A stretch of DNA of 13,020 nt from a virus (taxonomy: Duplodnaviria > Heunggongvirae > Uroviricota > Caudoviricetes), in IMG/VR virus record IMGVR_UViG_2693429623_000016. One strand, written 5' to 3'. Made by a program: the position numbers and the translations under genes. Below the pieces are notes generated by a model. The model was not told the DNA's origin, searched no databases, and saw nothing but the letters and a program-made list of their open reading frames with translations. Below are positions 7,274 to 13,020 of this stretch, piece after piece. Each line of letters opens with the position of its first letter. Position 1 is the stretch's first letter.

Positions 7274-7643
7274 ATGGCGAAACCTTTTACTCCCGAACAG
7301 CGGGAAGAACTGAAGACGCGAATTGTGGAACTCGTGCATCAGGACGGTCGGGTCACGATTCGGCAGTTGTCAGATGAAACAGGTATCAGTCGTGCGTCTG
7401 TCGGTCGCTTATGCATAGAACTGGTCGCAAGTGGTGATGTATATAATTCTGGCTACGGGGTATTTCCCTCTGAACAGGCTCATAAAGACTGGCAAAACGC
7501 CCGCAAAAAGCTATCGAGGGTAAAGGTGAAGAAACCGGTTGTGGTTGATCCTGACCTTATCTGGTCATTACCAGACGGAGAAATACGCCGCTACGACAGG
7601 CGCCTGAATATAATCTGTCGCGAGTGCCGGAAGAGCGAAGCTA
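7274..7643 (+). pseudogene. small wHTH-like phage gene (copy B') truncated at its 3' end by the IS element
   Basis: Homology to the copy at 8915-9157 is lost after about position 7645, exactly where the IS terminal sequence (TGAGGT…) begins. The ORF then runs into the IS and ends at 7690. Confidence 0.6.
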
Positions 7644-7686
7644 TGAGGTGTACTGGCAATAGCGGACACTACCATTTGTTCTTTTT

Positions 7687-8592
7687 TTAAGCAGCCATCT
7701 GATGATATTTTTCCCTGAAGGCTGCCGGGGAGATATTCCCCAGACGAGAGTGACGACGCTGACGATTGTAGAAAATCTCAATGTATTCCCGTATTACTGA
7801 GATGGCTTCATCCCGGTTATTAAAACGATAGTGGCTCAGGCTCTCATTTTTCAGCGTTCCCCAGAAGCTTTCCATCGGAGCGTTGTCGTAACAGTTACCT
7901 TTACGCGACATTGATGTTTTCAGACCAGACTGCTCCTGTATGACCCGGTAATCGTATGCGCAGTACTGTGAACCTCGATCAGAGTGGTGGATTAGCCCGG
8001 CAGGTGGGCGCTGGCTCCTGAGCGCCATAAACAGGGCTTTACCTGTCAGCTCTTTTGTCATGCGCTCTCCCATGGCGTAGCCGACAATTTCGCACGTATA
8101 AACATCTTTGATGCCAGCGAGGTACAACCATCCCTCCTGTGTGGCAACATACGTCAGGTCCGCCACCCAGACCTGATTTGGTGCTGTAGGAGCGAACGTC
8201 TGGTTCAGCAGATTTGGCGCAACTGGCAGATTGTGGTTCGAGTTCGTAGTCGCTCTGAACTTGCGTTTCTGCTTACAGCGTAGCCTTAGCTCCTTACGAA
8301 GACGTGCCAGTCGGTCACGACCAACGATGATGCCATTCTCTGCCAGCTCCGTCTGGAGCCGCCGGGTTCCATATGTTTCGCGAGTGCGGATATGTGCCAC
8401 CTTAATCTCCAGTTTTAGCCGCTCATCACTTTGTTTTCTGTCTGAGGGTTCATGCTGTACCCAGTTGTAATAACCGCTCCTGGATACACCAAATACCTGA
8501 CACATCGCTTCAATGGGAAATTGTTGTCGCCATTGTTCGATTAACGCGTATTTTTCAGCGACTCCTGTGCAAAATACGCTGTTGCTTTTTTT
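7687..8592 (-). CDS. IS3-family transposase OrfB (DDE/rve integrase core), expressed as an OrfAB fusion by -1 frameshift
   Basis: DDE integrase-like sequence (…WVADLTYV…HHSDRGSQY…NAPMESFW…). The orfB frame is -1 relative to orfA. Slippery heptamer A_AAA_AAA at 8586-8592 (minus strand) lies within the orfA codons tta-aaa-aaa-gca. Confidence 0.85.
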   Translation of the reverse strand, partial: KKSNSVFCTGVAEKYALIEQWRQQFPIEAMCQVFGVSRSGYYNWVQHEPSDRKQSDERLKLEIKVAHIRTRETYGTRRLQTELAENGIIVGRDRLARLRKELRLRCKQKRKFRATTNSNHNLPVAPNLLNQTFAPTAPNQVWVADLTYVATQEGWLYLAGIKDVYTCEIVGYAMGERMTKELTGKALFMALRSQRPPAGLIHHSDRGSQYCAYDYRVIQEQSGLKTSMSRKGNCYDNAPMESFWGTLKNESLSHYRFNNRDEAISVIREYIEIFYNRQRRHSRLGNISPAAFREKYHQMAA

Positions 8593-8843
8593 AATATATC
8601 TCGCTCAAGGCGAGCTTCATTTAACGCCTTACGCAGTTGCAGAATTTCAGATTCCAGTTCAGCCACCGTGCGGGAACCAGGAGTACCGAGCCCTTTTCTG
8701 GCGGCGGTAACCCATTGTCCTAAAGTGCCTTCAGGAAGAGATAATCGGGAAGCGCCTTCACTGATCGAAAGTTGATTTTCAAGAACCGTTCTGACAGCTT
8801 CGGCTTTGAACTCTTTAGAGTAACGTTGGGTTTTTCTGCTCAT
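8541..8843 (-). CDS. IS3-family transposase OrfA (HTH DNA-binding and leucine-zipper part)
   Basis: 100-aa ORF MSRKTQRYSKEFKAEAVRTV…LERDILKKATAYFAQES, typical of IS3-family OrfA. Recalled as IS600-like. Confidence 0.85.
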   Translation of the reverse strand: MSRKTQRYSKEFKAEAVRTVLENQLSISEGASRLSLPEGTLGQWVTAARKGLGTPGSRTVAELESEILQLRKALNEARLERDILKKATAYFAQESLKNTR

Positions 8844-8914
8844 TATTAGCTCCTTCTGATGCCATTCTATTTCAGGAAGGAGTGTCCGTTAAACTCAGGC
8901 TACCTCANNNNNNN

Positions 8915-9157
8915 TACGGGTTATTCCCGTCTGAACAGGCTCGTAAGGACTGGCAAAACGCCCGCAAAAAACTCTCGAGGGCAAAGCTGAAGAAACCATC
9001 TGTGGTTGATCCGGACCTTATCTGGTCATTACCAGACGGAGAAATACGCCGCTACGACAGGCGCCTGAATATAATCTGTCGCGAGTGCCGGAAGAGTGAA
9101 GTTATGCAGCGTGTACCGGCTTTCTATCAGGGTGATTTTCAGGAGGCGGTACTGTGA
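8915..9157 (+). CDS. partial CDS: C-terminal part of a diverged paralogue of the small wHTH-like phage protein
   Basis: …GLFPSEQARKDWQNARKKLSRAKLKKPSVVDPDLIWSLPDGEIRRYDRRLNIICRECRKSEVMQRVPAFYQGDFQEAVL is about 90% identical to 7459-7643. The 5' part is absent; the sequence resumes directly after N-run 8908-8914. Confidence 0.5.
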   Translation, partial: YGLFPSEQARKDWQNARKKLSRAKLKKPSVVDPDLIWSLPDGEIRRYDRRLNIICRECRKSEVMQRVPAFYQGDFQEAVL

Positions 9158-9214
9158 GTGAAATTAGCTATCAGGCTTCAATTACCGCTGGCATTCGCAT
9201 CAAAGGAGAGGAGC

Positions 9215-9571
9215 ATGGAAATAAAACCAGAAGATGAGTTAAGCAATATTGTTTTATTTCCGGTAAAAGAGGATAACCCTCGTAATCAGGTTAATTTTCT
9301 TTATGAGCCATCGGAAAGACCATATTGCCATCACGCTTCTGTCCGGGTTGACGAAAAAGAGCGTCAGGTCCGCTGTAAAATTTGCGGTGCAGTTGTGGAG
9401 CCATTTGACTGGATGCTCTCTGTGGCGAAAAGAGAAACCAGACTGGCAGATGATGTAAGGCTCTTGCGCCAGGAGGAGCGGGAAAGGCGAAAAAATATAG
9501 AAAAGCTAATCCAGATTGAGCGTAATGCGAAAGCGCGGATACGCAGGGTGACAAAATATAGCCCCGAATAA
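9215..9571 (+). CDS. hypothetical protein with putative zinc-ribbon and basic coiled-coil C-terminus
   Basis: RBS AGGAGAGGAG at 9204-9213 before the ATG at 9215. Cys/His cluster (YCHHASVRVDEKERQVRCKICG) followed by a charged helical segment (RLLRQEERERRKNIEKLIQIERNAKARIRR). Alternative GTG start at 9158 with AGGAGG at 9141-9146. Confidence 0.5.
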   Translation: MEIKPEDELSNIVLFPVKEDNPRNQVNFLYEPSERPYCHHASVRVDEKERQVRCKICGAVVEPFDWMLSVAKRETRLADDVRLLRQEERERRKNIEKLIQIERNAKARIRRVTKYSPE

Positions 9572-9785
9572 TCAAGGTTATTTCTGGAAGTCAAGTCGTG
9601 AGTGATGAGGACTAACAAATACGGTGAACTCGATAAAGAGATTCAGGACGAACTGGAGGCCAGGAATGATTGACAAATCACCAAGTGAGTTCAGCTACAA
9701 AGATTTATTGTCATAACGGGTTATGAGATCGACTTGGTGCGTGATATTCTTCGGGCCAGTTTGCTATGCGCCACCATGAGATGTT

Positions 9786-11758
9786 ATGGCCCGCATGTTT
9801 GATACATTAGGATTTTACATTATGAATGTGCAACATTTTGATTTTTTTACAGATAATGAGTTTTCTAATCTGGAAAGATATCAAACTTGTAAAGCCATGG
9901 CCAAAGGTTATGCGGGCAATTACAAAACCGGGCAGTCAAGGTTGATGCATGCCCGCTCATACTGCTTCAGCATCGTAGCTGCATATTGGGATACCCTTGC
10001 AAAAAAGCAAAAAAGCAGCATTAAAATGAGGGCAGTACCGCACACTGTTTACATAGAAGACATTCCATGTGATGCACGCGAGCTCGCTGAACGAACAGGT
10101 GAGCTTATTGCTCAATTTCCGGCGGAGGACGCTGGATATCTGATTGGGTCAATTTATACGGTAATGCTGCCATCCGCTTACCGTTCGGAATTGGGGGCTT
10201 ACTATACCCCCCCACCTTTGGTAGCGCGTCTCTTGGACCTGGCTGAAAAGTCTGGTGTTGATTTTTCTCATGCATCGGTTATTGATCCTGCGTGTGGTGG
10301 CGGTGCATTTTTGGCACCAGTAGCCATTCGAATGTTAAAAAAAGACAAGGGGTCTTCCCCTGAATGGATGTTGAGGAGAATCAGTCGTCGTTTAAAGGGG
10401 ATAGAAATCGATCCATTTGCGGCTTGGATGAGTTTGGTATTGCTCGAATCTGTACTAATGCCACTATGTGTAAAGGTAAAACGTAGATTGCCTGAAGATA
10501 CAATTATTGTTGCTGATGCGCTTCAGCAAGATAAATTTTCTGGTTATGATCTTGTGGTAGGGAATCCGCCTTACGGACGTGTCACTCTCGATATTAAAAC
10601 GAGAGAAAAATATTCTCGTTCGTTATTTGGTCATGCAAATCTATATGGATTGTTCACCGACTTAGCTGTTCGCATGGTTAAANNNNNNNNNNNNNNNNNN
10701 NNNNNNNNNNNNNNNNNNNNNNNNNNNNNNNNNNNNNNNNNNNNNNNNNNNNNNNNNNNNNNNNNNNNNNNNNNNNNNNNNNNNNNNNNNNNNNNNNNNN
10801 NNNNNNNNNNNNNNNNNNNNNNNNNNNNNNNNNNNNNNNNNNNNNNNNNNNNNNNNNNNNNNNNNNNNNNNNNNNNNNNNNNNNNNNNNNNNNNNNNNNN
10901 NNNNNNNNNNNNNNNNNNNNNNNNNNNNNNNNNNNNNNNNNNNNNNNNNNNNNNNNNNNNNNNNNNNNNNNNNNNNNNNNNNNNNNNNNNNNNNNNNNNN
11001 NNNNNNNNNNNNNNNNNNNNNNNNNNNNNNNNNNNNNNNNNNNNNNNNNNNNNNNNNNNNNNNNNNNNNNNNNNNNNNNNNNNNNNNNNNNNNNNNNNNN
11101 NNNNNNNNNNNNNNNNNNNNNNNNNNNNNNNNNNNNNNCCTGTTTTCTTAATGTATTAAAACAGATGTCTACGCGTTTAGCTGATCTGGGATACTCAGTC
11201 TCTACAGGTCAGTTAGTCTGGAATCGATTTAAGTCGCAGTTGCGTACGACGAAAGGAAAAAATAGCTACCCATTAGTCTGGGCGGAATCAATAACTTCAG
11301 CTGGTTTTCGTTTTAGTGCAGACAGAAAAAATCATGTTCCCTATATCGATATAACCCCACAACAGGGTTTCCTTGTGACAAAATCTGAATGTGTGCTTGT
11401 TCAGCGGACAACATCGAAGGAACAGGACAGAAGGATTTTAGCGGCAATTTTACCTCAGGGATTTATAGATGAAACTGGTGGCGTAGTAGTTGAAAACCAT
11501 ATTAATATTGTATATTCAAACGGATTGTTCTCTGCGGTTCGCCCTGATGTTATTGATATGCTACTTAATTCGCATGTTGTCGATCGGGCGTTCAGGTGTA
11601 TAAGCGGAAGTGTTGCTGTTTCGGCCTATGAATTGAATTCAATCCCGTTGCCTTCTCTGGAGCAGGTGATGGAGATTCAATCGTTAATTGATGCTGGCGT
11701 CCACAGACGGATTATTGAGAGAACTATCGCTGGTTTCTATGGAGTGATGATTGCATGA
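9786..11758 (+). CDS. N6-adenine DNA methyltransferase, gamma class (Eco57I/TaqI-like catalytic domain plus C-terminal target-recognition domain); middle hidden by N-run 10683-11138
   Basis: Motif X-like GAYYTPPPLVARLL, motif I DPACGGGAFL and motif IV VVGNPPYG occur in that order. After the N-run the frame is open back to the gap and encodes a TRD-like region (LADLGYSVSTGQLVWNR … AYELNSIPLP). The two halves are in different frames relative to the N count, so gene continuity is inferred rather than seen. Confidence 0.75.
10683..11138. other. run of 456 N inside the methyltransferase gene (assembly gap or masked)
   Basis: Directly visible in the sequence. Confidence 1.
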
Positions 11759-12837
11759 ATCTGCCTGTTGTTCCCCCATTGAATGTTATCCGGGAAAGAT
11801 TACAATTAATTTTCCCTGAAGGGACTGAGAATCGTGGATATTTAATTCGGGAAATAGCTGCAAAAACAATTTTTGTCATGTTTTATGCTGGTGCGGTTGA
11901 GGGGCTGGGGCGATGGATAAGGCCCAGCCAGGTTGTAAGTATGGGAGATTCGCAGGCTGCTCTTACTGATGATGCGTCCAGAGAAAGCTGGGTAAAGATG
12001 ACTTTCTCTAAACAAAAGATAAGGCCTGCTGATGCATGGTATGCGGAAAATACGCGTGAGCCAATACGTGATGAAACTATAAAAAATGGCCTAATACCTT
12101 GCAATGCAATTGTTGAGCGTAAAGGTATACCCACCACATCCTCTCGTCCTCGTTACAGTTTGAATCGCTCTTTTGCAGCACTCTTTGATGCCGGGCTTGA
12201 AGGAGATTCGCTGCTGAGTGCAATAAGTTCCTGGCAAGAAAATCATTTGAACAAAGCCGCTCTTGCTAGGTTGCGTTTATTGAAATCAGGGGCAGTGATT
12301 GCTGCTGATGCCGTAGTCGTCACTTTCCCAAATGGAGAGAAGAGAACTTTAGCTCCGGGCCCGTCAAGTACAATAGCTAAGGCCGTCATCGAAGTTTTTG
12401 CTCCTAATTTTCTTAAGAATCCAACTGTGCTCTGGTTGTCTGAATCCGGGAATAAAGTTGTTGCTCAGGATGATGTATTGGCAAAAGCATTGGGGCTGAA
12501 TATTGATGCCTCAAAAGCACTTCCAGATATTATTTTGATTGATTTGGGAGAGGACCGAACGGGTTCGGACATGCTTGTAGTTTTCACTGAAGTAGTTGCG
12601 ACAGATGGGCCTATAAACAGGGAACGAAAAGTTACTCTCACTCATTTGGCTATTGACGCTGGGTTCAGCGAGAAAAATCTTGCATTCCTTACGGCATTTA
12701 TGGACAGAAGTGCTCTGCCTTTTAAAAAGGCAATACCAGAATTGGCGTGGGGATCTTATGCATGGTTTGCTTCTGAACCGGAGCACTTAATTGATCTTCG
12801 GGATGGTTATCCGGTAAAGATCAGCCAGAGAAAATGA
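11755..12837 (+). CDS. putative Type II restriction endonuclease (BsuBI/PstI-like?), partner of the methyltransferase
   Basis: 360-aa ORF whose ATG overlaps the methyltransferase stop (ATGA at 11755-11758). N-terminal segment IFPEG…AAKTIFVMFYAGAV…AENTREPIRDE resembles what I recall of BsuBI/PstI-family nucleases, which typically pair with Eco57I-type methyltransferases. No canonical PD-(D/E)xK motif was confidently identified. Confidence 0.5.
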   Translation: MNLPVVPPLNVIRERLQLIFPEGTENRGYLIREIAAKTIFVMFYAGAVEGLGRWIRPSQVVSMGDSQAALTDDASRESWVKMTFSKQKIRPADAWYAENTREPIRDETIKNGLIPCNAIVERKGIPTTSSRPRYSLNRSFAALFDAGLEGDSLLSAISSWQENHLNKAALARLRLLKSGAVIAADAVVVTFPNGEKRTLAPGPSSTIAKAVIEVFAPNFLKNPTVLWLSESGNKVVAQDDVLAKALGLNIDASKALPDIILIDLGEDRTGSDMLVVFTEVVATDGPINRERKVTLTHLAIDAGFSEKNLAFLTAFMDRSALPFKKAIPELAWGSYAWFASEPEHLIDLRDGYPVKISQRK

Positions 12838-12989
12838 CCAAAGTTTGATATCCGCCACGCCCTGAAGGATGGGGGTTTTACGGTGCACTGGATAAAAAAT
12901 CGGTTTCATAGATTTGCCCACCGTGGTATACGCCTGCGATAAAAACTTTATTGTCATCAACGGCAAAAGCAATAATTGTTCTGTGGCGG

Positions 12990-13020
12990 GGTGATGCTGC
13001 CAACTTACTGATTTAGTGTA
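12990..13020 (+). mobile_element. IS1 terminal fragment (5' end including left inverted repeat); the IS1 body lies downstream of the window
   Basis: Bases 12990-13020 (ggtgatgctgccaacttactgatttagtgta) match the canonical IS1 5' terminus GGTGATGCTGCCAACTTACTGAT…; same orientation as the fragment at 1-30. Confidence 0.8.

Larger units (their letters stand above)
7644..8907 (-). mobile_element. IS3-family insertion sequence (IS600-like), about 1264 bp
   Basis: Contains overlapping orfA/orfB with a -1 frameshift arrangement. Imperfect terminal inverted repeats both start TGAGGT (7644-7673, and the reverse complement of 8878-8907). Length 1264 bp matches IS600. The end at 8907 abuts N-run 8908-8914, so target-site duplication cannot be assessed. 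Confidence 0.8.

Noticed and set aside
8231-8710. Plus-strand ORFs (8231-8470, 8513-8710) inside the IS element
   Set aside because: Antisense to transposase orfA/orfB; IS3-family elements encode their transposase on one strand.
9291-9618. Minus-strand ORFs (9291-9575, 9364-9618) opposite the zinc-ribbon ORF
   Set aside because: Antisense overlaps; the plus-strand ORF has a strong RBS while these have none.
9605-9673. 22-aa mini-ORF (MRTNKYGELDKEIQDELEARND) in the intergenic region upstream of the methyltransferase
   Set aside because: Very short, no convincing Shine-Dalgarno, cannot be supported from sequence alone; noted only as a possible leader peptide.
9670-9698. TTGACA hexamer at 9670-9675 as a possible -35 for the methyltransferase promoter
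   Set aside because: No acceptable -10 hexamer at 16-18 bp spacing (AGCTAC), so a promoter call is not supported.
11883-12972. Minus-strand ORFs (11883-12137, 12511-12786, 12787-12972) in and after the 360-aa gene
   Set aside because: Antisense or unsupported; 12787-12972 runs into the region just before the IS1 end with no start signals.
1-13020. Possibility of a CRISPR array, tRNA or rRNA gene
   Set aside because: No regularly spaced 25-40 bp direct repeats with unique spacers, no cloverleaf-like sequences and no rRNA-like conserved blocks were seen; the repeats present are explained as iterons, operators, IS termini and paralogous gene copies.

Overview
This window reads as a Rac-type lambdoid prophage segment from an Enterobacteriaceae (E. 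coli/Shigella-like) genome, bounded at both ends by IS1 termini and broken by six runs of N. All family assignments come from reading motifs and gene order; no database search was possible. Left to right: a leftward two-gene early operon; an OL-like operator pair; a ParE/RelE-type toxin–antitoxin pair sitting between the repressor and OL (the position of rexAB in lambda); a short HTH repressor with no autocleavage domain; OR-like operators; a Cro/YdaS-like gene translationally coupled to a YdaT-like gene; an O-like replication initiator carrying helically phased GTCACG iterons inside its coding sequence; then DnaC-like helicase-loader genes and small winged-helix-like genes present in several near-identical or diverged copies, with each N-run falling at a switch between copies. 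An IS3-family element (IS600-like, orfA/orfB with an A7 -1 frameshift site) interrupts one small gene. The right end carries a zinc-ribbon/coiled-coil ORF followed by a two-gene module: a gamma-class N6-adenine DNA methyltransferase (TPPP, DPACGGGAFL and NPPYG motifs; middle hidden by Ns) whose stop overlaps the start of a 360-aa partner (ATGA). I read the pair as a Type II restriction-modification system, but the nuclease assignment is the weakest call and the partner could be a different defence effector. No rRNA, tRNA or CRISPR array was seen.
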